Virus record (IMG/VR): IMGVR_UViG_3300049828_000286
DNA length: 64,000 bases
From: an uncultured virus (IMG/VR IMGVR_UViG_3300049828_000286)
Taxonomy: Duplodnaviria > Heunggongvirae > Uroviricota > Caudoviricetes
Direction: 5' to 3' (one strand)
Part shown: positions 45,958 through 54,963 of the stretch, one piece after another
Position numbering within the stretch: position 1 is the stretch's first letter
Layout: the number at the start of each line of letters is the position of its first letter
Position numbers and translations under genes: made by a program
Notes under the pieces: generated by a model
Told to the model about the DNA's origin: nothing
The model's database searches: none
Seen by the model: the letters and a program-made list of their open reading frames with translations, nothing else

Positions 45958-46837
45958 TCACAGACTTGTCATTGCGAAGCCGGATGAACCGTGGAAACCG
46001 CATGGCATTCTCTGTCAGCCGGTCATACCGCACCGTGACCACACAGGGGAACTGCCAGCGTGGGGCGCTCTTCCTTTCGGCGTCCCTGAATCCACTCCCC
46101 ACCCGACCCACGTCACGCCCAGTACCATCCTGGAGTGTGAGTGCGCCCATCATGGCCGCATTGCCATCCATCGGTGTCCAACCGGTGGCCACCAGGTCAG
46201 CCTCTAGCCAGGGCTTCCAGCGATAACAGTTAGCGCGGACTGTCTTGCTGCTACACGTCAGGAGGGTCGGCTTGTCCGTTTGCCATGCCACCAGGCCTTC
46301 CCATTGTTCGGCAATCGCCCTCGCCTGCAGCTGGTCAAACGTGCCTTCCAGGTGTGGGGCCTGCTGGACGACGGGTATCGGCCAAGATGACAGGACTTCC
46401 CTGAGCAGGGCTTGCCGTTCCCCATAGGGCACCTGCCAGGCTGGAAGGCCACTCAGGAACAGCAGGTCGAAGGCCATGAACGCCATACGCTTACCCACCT
46501 GTCGATACTGTGAGGTCTTCCCATGTGACCGGGCAATGCTCTGCGCTGCCTCGAAGTCATCCCGTTCGCCATTCCAGACGATGAACTCGGTATCCAGAAT
46601 CGTTCCCACAGGCCACGCCAGCATGGCCGCTGCCAGGTCTGGGAAACTGTCCGTGACTCGCTCGATCTTGCGGCTATAGATGTCCGCACGAGTCTCGCCC
46701 CTGACGAGCAAGTGCCGCAGGCCGTCATACTTCCGCTGGAAGGCATACTGAGCCGGTGGCAGGCTGCTCTCCAGGTCCATCGGCTTTGGTAGCATCAACG
46801 TGCTGGGAAGTCGGTCGAACGTCGTCAATAGTGACAT
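45935..46837 (-). CDS. ATP-dependent DNA ligase
   Basis: Motifs I KYDGLR, III ILDTEF, IIIa AFDLL, IV WEGLV, V RWKP and VI MRFPRF. Confidence 0.9.
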   Translation of the reverse strand: MSLLTTFDRLPSTLMLPKPMDLESSLPPAQYAFQRKYDGLRHLLVRGETRADIYSRKIERVTDSFPDLAAAMLAWPVGTILDTEFIVWNGERDDFEAAQSIARSHGKTSQYRQVGKRMAFMAFDLLFLSGLPAWQVPYGERQALLREVLSSWPIPVVQQAPHLEGTFDQLQARAIAEQWEGLVAWQTDKPTLLTCSSKTVRANCYRWKPWLEADLVATGWTPMDGNAAMMGALTLQDGTGRDVGRVGSGFRDAERKSAPRWQFPCVVTVRYDRLTENAMRFPRFIRLRNDKSVNEATCLE

Positions 46838-47324
46838 TGCGTAGTATCTCCGCTACCTCACCATTTTCGATGAGCGTTATTGACCCTCGGCTTAGTGCAT
46901 TCACTTTCTCTATCGACACCTGCGAAAGCGCATACGCAGTGAGCATAAGGTTGTGCTTGTTGACCCTACACCGAAGAAGCTTCTGAATCGCCTTGTCCCA
47001 GTATTCCTGCGTGATAGGCTCTAGTTGTTGTATGGTTGGGCGATAGTACTGGCGTGCTGGAAATCTCCGATTGAAACGACTTCGCATGGTAAAAACAGGC
47101 GGAGCTGGCGTCTCGGCATTTTTAGGACCGTAGACGGTTAGCCGGAACGTGCGGTACGTCTTAGTGGTGCCGTCAATGCCGTAAATGTGAAGGGCTCGGC
47201 CGGGTTTACCGCCGTGTTCATCATGGATAGCGCGCGACCAGCCAATCCTGGCGTCATACAGTTTTCCGCCGACCAGTCGAGCCGCCATGACAGACTTCAG
47301 GCTTACAAGTTGTTGTCTAGCCAA
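46725..47324 (-). CDS. Hypothetical protein (tagged family)
   Basis: KSVMAARLVGGKLY. The 3' end overlaps the ligase start by about 110 nt. Confidence 0.55.
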   Translation of the reverse strand: MARQQLVSLKSVMAARLVGGKLYDARIGWSRAIHDEHGGKPGRALHIYGIDGTTKTYRTFRLTVYGPKNAETPAPPVFTMRSRFNRRFPARQYYRPTIQQLEPITQEYWDKAIQKLLRCRVNKHNLMLTAYALSQVSIEKVNALSRGSITLIENGEVAEILRNVTIDDVRPTSQHVDATKADGPGEQPATGSVCLPAEV

Positions 47325-47806
47325 TGGTTAACCCTGTCTTCGTCATTGATGATTCTATCCATGATAAACTCACACTGAAGAACGAATCCTATGGTTAGTG
47401 CGAGCTTAAACTGCTCGTCTCCATTGTCTGCGCCGAGATACCATTGCTTAAGCTGATTAATGACGTCGCTTTTTGTATATACCAATGCGCTGCTATATAT
47501 ATTCTCGTAGTGTGGGTCCTCGTACTTGCATAAGTCCAAACGCATTCCGTCGCTTTGAACAAATAGCCATATTCTATATGGCAACAATGCTGCTCCTGTA
47601 ATTTTCATGGCGATGTCACGCCTGACGTAGTCCCTATTGATCTCTTTTGACAGCAGCGAAGAAGTCAATGAAGAGGTCGGAAACGTACGAAGGCACCCAT
47701 TTACTATGTGACGTAGCCCAGGTCTGAGCTCCGAGTAGCGTAGTGACTGTGCATCTACCATATGCTGACTGCCTTCCACCTTTCCCGGATCGCTTTGTCT
47801 TGTCAA
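47303..47806 (-). CDS. Hypothetical protein (AT-rich, internal tag-like segment)
   Basis: RRDIAMKITG..LPY. Start uncertain. Confidence 0.45.
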   Translation of the reverse strand: MTRQSDPGKVEGSQHMVDAQSLRYSELRPGLRHIVNGCLRTFPTSSLTSSLLSKEINRDYVRRDIAMKITGAALLPYRIWLFVQSDGMRLDLCKYEDPHYENIYSSALVYTKSDVINQLKQWYLGADNGDEQFKLALTIGFVLQCEFIMDRIINDEDRVNHWLDNNL

Positions 47807-47942
47807 CGCCGTGAGTTGGCTCTTGTGAGTTCAGCGTGTATGATACTTTGAGGCCGTTACCTGCAGCCTTGTAGTACCAGTGTTTACCCGTGGACAGTTC
47901 GAGCGCAATGACAATTTTGTCTATGGCCTTCTTGTCTGGCAT
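47634..47942 (-). CDS. Hypothetical protein (tagged family)
   Basis: DKIVIALELSTGKHWY. Confidence 0.5.
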   Translation of the reverse strand: MPDKKAIDKIVIALELSTGKHWYYKAAGNGLKVSYTLNSQEPTHGVDKTKRSGKGGRQSAYGRCTVTTLLGAQTWATSHSKWVPSYVSDLFIDFFAAVKRDQ

Positions 47943-48157
47943 GTCTTCTCGATATCCATAACGGTCGCTATAAATCGCAGCGGTTCGCGGGTAGTTGGTA
48001 TCTCAATCCAGGCGTCTTCGAGTGTTCCCATGAAGTCAAGGGTTTCACCGTCCCTGATTAAGAAACGTCGACCTGCTCTCGCCTGAAGTTCACTCCATGG
48101 ATACGGCTCGGTATTAGCTAGCTGCGACGCTATCGCCAGCTTCTTCAGGTACCCCAT
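47921..48157 (-). CDS. Hypothetical protein (tagged family)
   Basis: AGGAGG RBS; KKLAIASQLANTEPY. Confidence 0.55.
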   Translation of the reverse strand: MGYLKKLAIASQLANTEPYPWSELQARAGRRFLIRDGETLDFMGTLEDAWIEIPTTREPLRFIATVMDIEKTCQTRRP

Positions 48158-48467
48158 ACGCCTCCTGGTAGCGATCAATCAGGAACACGATGTACTCACC
48201 TAGGGTCTGCTTATCGAAGTTGTGTGAGTCGCAATAGATCCGTACGACAGCACCAGTCTTAAGCCCAACTTTCCTTCTGTTATTCTCAAGAACAACAGTA
48301 CGTTGAATGCCTGACTTGGCGATGAATGTCCCGCTGTCCTTTCTGAGTAGCCTGGTCTCTTCGGATTGCTTTGAGACGCTTGCTGTTCTTTTGATGGTCG
48401 TTGTCTGGCCCCCAAGTTCGAGGGCCAGCTTGATCTTCTGAAGCTCAGACTCCAACGGCTTCCTCAT
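48114..48467 (-). CDS. Hypothetical protein (tagged family)
   Basis: QKIKLALELGG. Confidence 0.55.
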   Translation of the reverse strand: MRKPLESELQKIKLALELGGQTTTIKRTASVSKQSEETRLLRKDSGTFIAKSGIQRTVVLENNRRKVGLKTGAVVRIYCDSHNFDKQTLGEYIVFLIDRYQEAYGVPEEAGDSVAAS

Positions 48468-49389
48468 CTTCCACGGGCTTTCTGTGGATCACATAGCCCA
48501 GGTGCTTCTGCTTGTAGTACTCAGGCAAGCCACGCGTGATGTTGCGACGAATCTTTGGCCAGGCATGCTGCCACAGCTGCTTGAGAATCTCCTCCTCGAG
48601 TTCGTCCCTCGTGTCCTGGAGGACTTCGGCCATCAGGGCAGGGATGTCCTGTGGCTGCCTGGCCAACTCTCCGCGCTCAGCCAGGTGCATGACAGCCTTG
48701 TCCCATCGGGCCTCTGACCGGATCGACTGACTGATACGCTCGATCACGTCGCCAGCTTTTTCGTTGTCCCTGGTCCAGAACTTCCGCTGAACCTCCTTGA
48801 AGTCCTCTCTGACCACTTTGGCCATGAGCCGCTTGCCATCCCCGCCAAAGAGGTCATGCCGGCACGGCTTCAGAACGACGCCTTCGATGATCTGTCCGCC
48901 GAGGATAGACTCGCGGTCAAGGAACTGATGGAGCGTGTCGACTGTGTGTTCACCCATCCCCAGCACTGGCACGTGCTCCAGGCCAATCCTGTCAGCTTCA
49001 GCCTTGCTTGCATCTGACGTCATGTACTTCTCTGGCCCAATCAGGATGTCGAAGAGGATGACATGATTGACCGGGATACGATTGTACGCGAGGCCATTGT
49101 GTCGTGGCTTCTGCAGGTATTCGCCACGGTACATGTAGCCGGGGGTGAGCGTATCCTGAATGGCCGCAATGGCCGTCACGCCCTTCTCAAACAGCGGCTC
49201 AGGATCGTCAGGCTTGATGTCCTGGCCCTTTGACCTGAAGCGCAACTGGCCATCGAACACACCGAAGGCGAAGAAGCTGCCATCAATCTTCTCCTGTACC
49301 TCGACAGGATGCTTCAGGATCTCCTCGACGGCTGAGTGGTTCACGTCGTAGATCTTCTGCGGACTGCGCCATGTGCTCTCGCTGCTCAT
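48445..49389 (-). CDS. RNA ligase (Rnl2-like family)
   Basis: QEKIDGS, YRGEY, LFDI, IEGVVLK and AKVVREDFKE nucleotidyltransferase motifs with no OB domain. Confidence 0.8.
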   Translation of the reverse strand: MSSESTWRSPQKIYDVNHSAVEEILKHPVEVQEKIDGSFFAFGVFDGQLRFRSKGQDIKPDDPEPLFEKGVTAIAAIQDTLTPGYMYRGEYLQKPRHNGLAYNRIPVNHVILFDILIGPEKYMTSDASKAEADRIGLEHVPVLGMGEHTVDTLHQFLDRESILGGQIIEGVVLKPCRHDLFGGDGKRLMAKVVREDFKEVQRKFWTRDNEKAGDVIERISQSIRSEARWDKAVMHLAERGELARQPQDIPALMAEVLQDTRDELEEEILKQLWQHAWPKIRRNITRGLPEYYKQKHLGYVIHRKPVEDEEAVGV

Positions 49390-49724
49390 ACCTGTGCCTT
49401 CTCCTGTGGGATCGTCAGTAACCAATTGCCATTCGGCTGGGCCAGATCATGCTTCCCGATTTTTGTCAGTAGATAAACGCCAAACGCGATGTCGTCGTCT
49501 ACCCTTGCAAAGCTCGACAGTGTGCCGAAGGCTCTCTTGAACGCATGGCCTTTCTGGAGCTCCACTTCTTTGTTGCTATTAAGCACGACAATGCTCACGT
49601 ACAGACCTTGCAGACGATTCGTTATCGAATAATTCCAACCCACCAAACTCACCATCTTACCCATTAGGGCGATGGCAAGTTGACGCTTATCGTATTTAGA
49701 CTGAAGTACTCGACTGACTCTCAT
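49386..49724 (-). CDS. Hypothetical protein (tagged family)
   Basis: GGAGG RBS; KRQLAIALMG. Confidence 0.5.
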   Translation of the reverse strand: MRVSRVLQSKYDKRQLAIALMGKMVSLVGWNYSITNRLQGLYVSIVVLNSNKEVELQKGHAFKRAFGTLSSFARVDDDIAFGVYLLTKIGKHDLAQPNGNWLLTIPQEKAQV

Positions 49725-49960
49725 ACCACCTCCACACGCGACGAATCTGTCTCGATCCACAGCCTCGCCCCACACGGCAGCGGGTCATGTGGCCTATAGA
49801 CAATCCTGGCCACTTCTGCTCCACTGGTATCGCGTAGTACTACCCCGGACCCCAGCTGGTTTGACTTGTACGTCTTGACCGTGAGAGGCGGGTCAGCCTG
49901 GCCGGTCTTTCGATTGTTCGCAATGACATGCTGGTTCACGTGGATGATGGTCTTCACCAC
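49721..49960 (-). CDS. Conserved-looking small phage protein
   Basis: IHVNQHVI...PPLTVK...YRPHDPLPCGARLWIET. Confidence 0.7.
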   Translation of the reverse strand: MVKTIIHVNQHVIANNRKTGQADPPLTVKTYKSNQLGSGVVLRDTSGAEVARIVYRPHDPLPCGARLWIETDSSRVEVV

Positions 49961-50271
49961 TGATGCTCCTGGCAGTCGGTGACACGGCCGAATAGCGTGT
50001 AAGACACCATGAGACTATCAGCCAAGGACTGGTCCGTGACAGGCTCCAGTTCGACGCCAGGATGGTCCTCTTCCCATGTGGGAATTTCTGTGTCCTCGAC
50101 CAGGACGTACAACCCGGTCCAGTCACGGTGAATCCTGTTCACGCCCTTAAGGCCACGTTCCACCTTGAACAAACCGAAGGTCTTCTTGTCTCCGAACGAA
50201 GTACTACCCTTATAGACTCGCTCAATCGACACGACGTACTTTATGGTAGCGGCGTACTTTGTGGTATTCAT
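49954..50271 (-). CDS. Hypothetical protein
   Basis: AAGGAGG RBS. Confidence 0.6.
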   Translation of the reverse strand: MNTTKYAATIKYVVSIERVYKGSTSFGDKKTFGLFKVERGLKGVNRIHRDWTGLYVLVEDTEIPTWEEDHPGVELEPVTDQSLADSLMVSYTLFGRVTDCQEHQW

Positions 50272-50435
50272 GACTGTTCCTCCTTCGGTGGGGCTGGGAT
50301 GGGCATCCAGTTTGATGCGAGGTTGACTGTGTTGAAGACAAGTCTAGCGCCGTATTCCTGCACCACGTACAACGTTGGCGACTTGCCGCCTTGCCATGGC
50401 CCTGGGATTAGAACGACGTATCCGTTACTTTTCAT
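50268..50435 (-). CDS. Small hypothetical protein (55 aa, not in the ORF track)
   Basis: MKSNGYVVLIPG...KEEQS, with ATGA overlaps at both ends. Confidence 0.55.
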   Translation of the reverse strand: MKSNGYVVLIPGPWQGGKSPTLYVVQEYGARLVFNTVNLASNWMPIPAPPKEEQS

Positions 50436-50575
50436 ATGTTAGGTCCGTCATCTTTAACCTGGATGGCGATTGACGGCTTGTCTCCATACCAGCCTCGTAG
50501 TAGAGACAGCATCACAGATGCCAGCCAGTCAGGAGCTGCCATTGGCGACCCTGTGACCTCTACGATCAGTTTCAT
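50432..50575 (-). CDS. Small hypothetical protein (47 aa, not in the ORF track)
   Basis: MKLIVEVTG...DGPNI, ATGA-coupled to Ku and to the next ORF. Confidence 0.55.
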   Translation of the reverse strand: MKLIVEVTGSPMAAPDWLASVMLSLLRGWYGDKPSIAIQVKDDGPNI

Positions 50576-51408
50576 GCCGACTTGGCCATCTTGACGGCGG
50601 CCTTCTTCTTCACGCTGGCCTTCACGGTCTTCGGCTTAGCCTGCTCGAGCATGGCCTTCATAGCCGCAACCAGGTCGACCGTTGGCGACTTGGCTTCGAC
50701 CACCTTAGCCACAGGAGCCTCCTGGCCAGTATGGCGGGCTTCGATGATGGCTCGCAGTTCCTGGGTATAGCGGTCAGGGAAGTCAGCCAGGACGAATTCA
50801 TCGTCCAGTGTGCCAACCACCTGCTTTGCCAGCTTGACCATCTGCGGGTCCAGTTCCTGTGACATGGCCGCTGCAAAGTCAGGGACTTGAGTGATCTTGC
50901 GGACCTCTTCCTCACGGTAGAGGGTATGCAGGACAATCCCGCCCTCATAGGCCTTGATACCCACGATATGCTCTCGGCCACGCAGGGTGATCTGTCCGAT
51001 GCCCACTCGGCCAGAGAGGCCCTCGCGAACAATGGCGAAGTTCATCGCGTGCTCATGACTTGCCGGCCCAATGAACGAGCTAGATGAGATGTAAATCGGG
51101 TCCAGTTCATCCTCGGGGATAGCATGGGTAATGCGCAGATTCTCAGACGAATCGACCTTGACGCTGTCAAAGTCCTGCTGGGTCATGTGGACATACTGAC
51201 CCTTGTCGATCTCGAACCCCTTGATGATCTCTGCTGACGTGACCGTCTTGTTGCACTTCCGACAGACGGTTTCCTGGTTGATACGGCAACCACATGCCGC
51301 GTGCAGCTGGTTGAACGACAGCTTGGCCTCTGATTCGTAGCTGGTGTACAGCTTAACCGGAACCGTCACCAGACCAATGCTCAGGCTACCCTTCCAGGTT
51401 GGCTTCAT
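50572..51408 (-). CDS. ku: Ku DNA end-binding protein
   Basis: WKGSLSIGLVTVPVKLY, LSFNQLH, IIKGFE, LHTLY.EEVR and F.DRYTQELRAIIE motifs, with a Lys-rich tail. Confidence 0.92.
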   Translation of the reverse strand: MKPTWKGSLSIGLVTVPVKLYTSYESEAKLSFNQLHAACGCRINQETVCRKCNKTVTSAEIIKGFEIDKGQYVHMTQQDFDSVKVDSSENLRITHAIPEDELDPIYISSSSFIGPASHEHAMNFAIVREGLSGRVGIGQITLRGREHIVGIKAYEGGIVLHTLYREEEVRKITQVPDFAAAMSQELDPQMVKLAKQVVGTLDDEFVLADFPDRYTQELRAIIEARHTGQEAPVAKVVEAKSPTVDLVAAMKAMLEQAKPKTVKASVKKKAAVKMAKSA

Positions 51409-51434
51409 GTCTGTTTCCTTGTGTTAATTGTGTA

Positions 51435-52088
51435 CTACCACGCACAACTGATGGTATGCATTTCCCTGATGATTCGAGCGTAATGTTGTACGCGCTGGTT
51501 CGCCGCCAGCATGACGTGACTGCCATGTAGTCCAGCGAGGTAAGCGAATTCATTTGTGACACACCGACACTCGTTCTTGATGGGATCCAGCGCCTCTGCC
51601 ATGTGTACCTTGGGCCAGTCAGACGGCTTATGGCCTAGGATATGAAACACACCTGACTGATCGATCTTGACAGATCGGCGTCTCCGCTGGCAGATAAACG
51701 TGATATTCACATCAGCGGGTAACTGGCACTTGAGGCCCAGTAGTTCTGGCATATCAGCCGCGACGAGCGTGGCTCTCCGTGACGGCAATGGACACCTGAT
51801 GTAGTGAACCATTCGCCTGCGGTGCGACGACAGCCAGAGCGTGGAAGAGGCCGCAGAGAATGTCGCACTACGGTCGCCGTTTCTACCCCCCCACTGGTCG
51901 ACTTCCTGTTGCGCGTTCACGATGCGTCGTATGTACGGATCGTCGAGATGCTGCACATACGCTGACACCTTGTCAATCAGCTCCTGCCAGGTGCTTGCTG
52001 TTACGTTATGCGGTAGGAAGAACTCCTTTCCGAGTCTTTCGCGATAGAGCTGCCACGTCCCGTCGACTTTGTGGGCCGGGATAATCAT
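51435..52088 (-). CDS. Hypothetical protein
   Basis: 217-aa ORF between the vWA and Ku genes. Confidence 0.55.
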   Translation of the reverse strand: MIIPAHKVDGTWQLYRERLGKEFFLPHNVTASTWQELIDKVSAYVQHLDDPYIRRIVNAQQEVDQWGGRNGDRSATFSAASSTLWLSSHRRRMVHYIRCPLPSRRATLVAADMPELLGLKCQLPADVNITFICQRRRRSVKIDQSGVFHILGHKPSDWPKVHMAEALDPIKNECRCVTNEFAYLAGLHGSHVMLAANQRVQHYARIIREMHTISCAW

Positions 52089-52091
52089 TCC

Positions 52092-53357
52092 CTAGTCCTC
52101 GAACGTGTCAATCTTGACGTGCTTACACGGCCATGGTGGCAGTCCACCACCAGCCACCATGACCAGGAGCAGGTTGCACTGTGGATGCTCAGTCGGCCAT
52201 CCCGTATAGCCGTCCGTCACGACAATCAGGGTATCGATCCTGGGCCGCATTCGGTCCATGTACATGATGCCCTCGGTCATGTCCGTTCCGCCGCCACCGT
52301 GCAGCTCGACCTGGGCCGCAGACATCACCTTCTGCGTGCTATGCACCGCCGCATCACATGCCGCCACGATGATCTCTGACCGTCCCAGTGTCTGCAGGAC
52401 GCCATCAATCTCTGCCAGGGCCTGGCTCAGCATCGAGTCAGACATCGAGCCAGAGGTGTCGACCAACATCCCGACACGAGGCACCACTGACCGCATGGTC
52501 GGCATAAGGATATTGCCGTAGGCCGCCTGTCGTCGTGCTGGCCGCTGCCACGAGAAGTTCTGCTTGCCTGGTACCGTGACCGTGCCACGGATCGCCGCCC
52601 GCAGGAGGTCCTTATAGTTGACCTTGGACTTCAGCTTCTGCTCAGCCCACCGCTTCCAGCCAGCCGGCACGTTCCCTTGCTGCTTGGCATGTTCCTCGAT
52701 GCGCCGAGCCGTATCACGGGTAATGGCCTCTCGCTCGCCCTCATCGAGCATATTGCCGTCATCTGGCAGCTTGTGCTTGTCAATGCCACCTGCGCATGAC
52801 CCACAGCCGCCAGCCGTGATCTGACCTTCGCCATCCCCCTTCCCCTTGCCGTCGCCGTCCTTATCGCCACCGTCGCCCTGACCACTCTGACACTTAGTGC
52901 TGACCTTCTTGACCTTCGGGTCATTCATCAGCAGTTCGTAGTACTTCTCAGCGGTCAGATTGTCCGCGTATCCATAGGTCGACGGATACAGCGCGAAGCT
53001 GGGCAGCTTGGCTCCATCAGCCTTGGCGTCGTCATTGATCTCGAGGTCGCCGGCCACGTTGAACAGCTGGTGATCCGCCTTGATGTCAGACTGACGACCA
53101 GCGTGATCACGCAGGTTATGTCCGACTTCGTGATACAGCGCACCACGCAGCTCATCAATGTGCCAGGACTTGATGGTCTCAGGGTCATAGACGACCCGCC
53201 AGTACTTGTCGACGCCAATCGTGCCCATGCCCTTGACCTGATAGAAGGACATCGAACACATGGCCGTCGCGAAATACGGCCATTCCTGGAGAGCACGGAA
53301 CCGTGCAGCCCTGAGTCGGAGGTCGGCTTCAGCGTCAAAGAGATACTTATCGTCCAT
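52092..53357 (-). CDS. HExxH metallopeptidase-like plus vWA domain protein (DUF2201-like)
   Basis: HEVGH, NVAGDLEIN, SWQRPARR, MIDAS VDTSGSM, GGGGTD and VTDGY motifs. Confidence 0.88.
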   Translation of the reverse strand: MDDKYLFDAEADLRLRAARFRALQEWPYFATAMCSMSFYQVKGMGTIGVDKYWRVVYDPETIKSWHIDELRGALYHEVGHNLRDHAGRQSDIKADHQLFNVAGDLEINDDAKADGAKLPSFALYPSTYGYADNLTAEKYYELLMNDPKVKKVSTKCQSGQGDGGDKDGDGKGKGDGEGQITAGGCGSCAGGIDKHKLPDDGNMLDEGEREAITRDTARRIEEHAKQQGNVPAGWKRWAEQKLKSKVNYKDLLRAAIRGTVTVPGKQNFSWQRPARRQAAYGNILMPTMRSVVPRVGMLVDTSGSMSDSMLSQALAEIDGVLQTLGRSEIIVAACDAAVHSTQKVMSAAQVELHGGGGTDMTEGIMYMDRMRPRIDTLIVVTDGYTGWPTEHPQCNLLLVMVAGGGLPPWPCKHVKIDTFED

Positions 53358-53371
53358 AGGTATTGTGTGTA

Positions 53372-53722
53372 TCAGTCAAGCTGATTGATCTGTTCCTGCA
53401 CTTCAAGGAAGAACAGGGTAACTGCTGCGAGGTCCTGGAATGGCGTGGCGACCATGTTGACAGTCCATGGGTGGCCATCACTCCATCTGCACTTTTCTAC
53501 CTTGGCGAAGAGCGTCCCACGTCGCTTACTGAACTCTCCGGTGCCTTCATATCGAGACGTCTTTGGGTTGTACTTACGCTTCTCTGCCAGTCTGTCTGGC
53601 AGGCGAAGCTCGAAGCTCTGTGGCTTCTTAGTGCCACGCTCCCTCCGGACGACAGTGCGGTACTGTCGTCCAGAGAGTTGAGCCGCCAGAGTAGCTTTCT
53701 GTAGCTGTTCTGGTGTAAGCAT
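53372..53722 (-). CDS. Hypothetical protein (tagged family) between the MoxR and vWA genes
   Basis: MLTPEQLQKATLAAQLSGRQY. Confidence 0.6.
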   Translation of the reverse strand: MLTPEQLQKATLAAQLSGRQYRTVVRRERGTKKPQSFELRLPDRLAEKRKYNPKTSRYEGTGEFSKRRGTLFAKVEKCRWSDGHPWTVNMVATPFQDLAAVTLFFLEVQEQINQLD

Positions 53723-53726
53723 GCTG

Positions 53727-54842
53727 TTAGACCCCGACAGAGATGCCAGCCGCACGCAGCATGTCCGCAAAGACCATGATGCTGTCCGGATACTCAGCCT
53801 TCGCAGGACGCACCTTGAGCAGTGTACGCACGCTCGACGAGGCGATGTCCGGAGCCTGCTCATAGGCATAAGCGAACAGGTCAAACGCCGTCGTCCAGCG
53901 CTTCGGCGTGTTGTTTGCCATGATGGCCGCCGTGATGCTAGCCAGGACGGCAAACTGCCGATCACCACGGAGATTCTTGATCTTGACCAACTTGAAGTCC
54001 TTCAGGAGCTCCTCAGGATTCGGCAAGTCAAGGTCTCGCTCGTAGGCGATGAATTCCTGCGCCGGCCCCTCACCCACCATGCCACTGATCAGCATGGACT
54101 TGACAGCAGGACTCGCGCCAACTGCAGACATCGCGGCCAGCAGGTTCGTTGTCCGATGCCAGGACCGCTTGGTCGGGAAGGGCTTGCTACCCTCGGCCTC
54201 CGTCTTCGGCGTGGCCTGCAACAGGGTCGGACGAGCCGTGATGAACGCCCCAACCGTCGCCGCCTTCTGCGGGATCAGGTCTCGCCAATTCGCAGGGAGA
54301 TGGGGAACCTTGGGGTCAGGGAAACCACCGAGCAACCCTTCCACATAGGCCTCGTGGTCCCCGTTGACTGCCTGAATCTGGCAGAACCGATTGGACAGCG
54401 GAGCCGCCAGGTTAAACCCATTGGCCGCACATTCCGGTGGATTCATGGCCGCGACCATGGCCACATTCGGTCCCAGGATGGTATCGCCAACCACGCGGTC
54501 ATTGACCACTCGCAAGCTGGCCGCCTGAGTGGCCGGTGCTGCCGTGGACAGCTCGTCGATGAAGATGATGGCGTCCTTGTCGCCCAGCTGTTCCTTCGAG
54601 AAACGGCGGGCCCAGGACGGAGCCATGAGTTCCATCCCGCGTTCGGTCAAGACAGGGAACCCACCCAAGTCCGTAGGTTCACGGATAGAGAGCAGGATGA
54701 CCTCGAGTGGCCAGCCGAGCCCGCGAGCAATCCCTTCCATGATGGACGACTTGCCCGTCCCCGGTTCACCGATGACGTTCAGAGGCTGCTTGGCCTGCAC
54801 ACAGATGCCGATAGCGTCGATGAGATTCTGAGTGGCGCTCAT
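53727..54842 (-). CDS. MoxR-family AAA+ ATPase
   Basis: Walker A GEPGTGKS, EPTDLGG.P, Walker B IFIDEL, AAMNP, APLSNRF and PTKRSW. Confidence 0.9.
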   Translation of the reverse strand: MSATQNLIDAIGICVQAKQPLNVIGEPGTGKSSIMEGIARGLGWPLEVILLSIREPTDLGGFPVLTERGMELMAPSWARRFSKEQLGDKDAIIFIDELSTAAPATQAASLRVVNDRVVGDTILGPNVAMVAAMNPPECAANGFNLAAPLSNRFCQIQAVNGDHEAYVEGLLGGFPDPKVPHLPANWRDLIPQKAATVGAFITARPTLLQATPKTEAEGSKPFPTKRSWHRTTNLLAAMSAVGASPAVKSMLISGMVGEGPAQEFIAYERDLDLPNPEELLKDFKLVKIKNLRGDRQFAVLASITAAIMANNTPKRWTTAFDLFAYAYEQAPDIASSSVRTLLKVRPAKAEYPDSIMVFADMLRAAGISVGV

Positions 54843-54963
54843 AGTGTGTTCTCTCCGTGCCCAGAAGGGGCAATTAACAACTGAACAAAATGGCTGGGAT
54901 GGCCTTCGCCACACCACCCCACGCCATGGGGAACCCTGAAGTCAGGCGAAGTGTAGCACAGTA

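Noticed and set aside
53721..54884. 387-aa + strand ORF antisense to MoxR
   Set aside because: Shadow ORF of a gene with high GC3. It has no motifs and opposes the operon direction.
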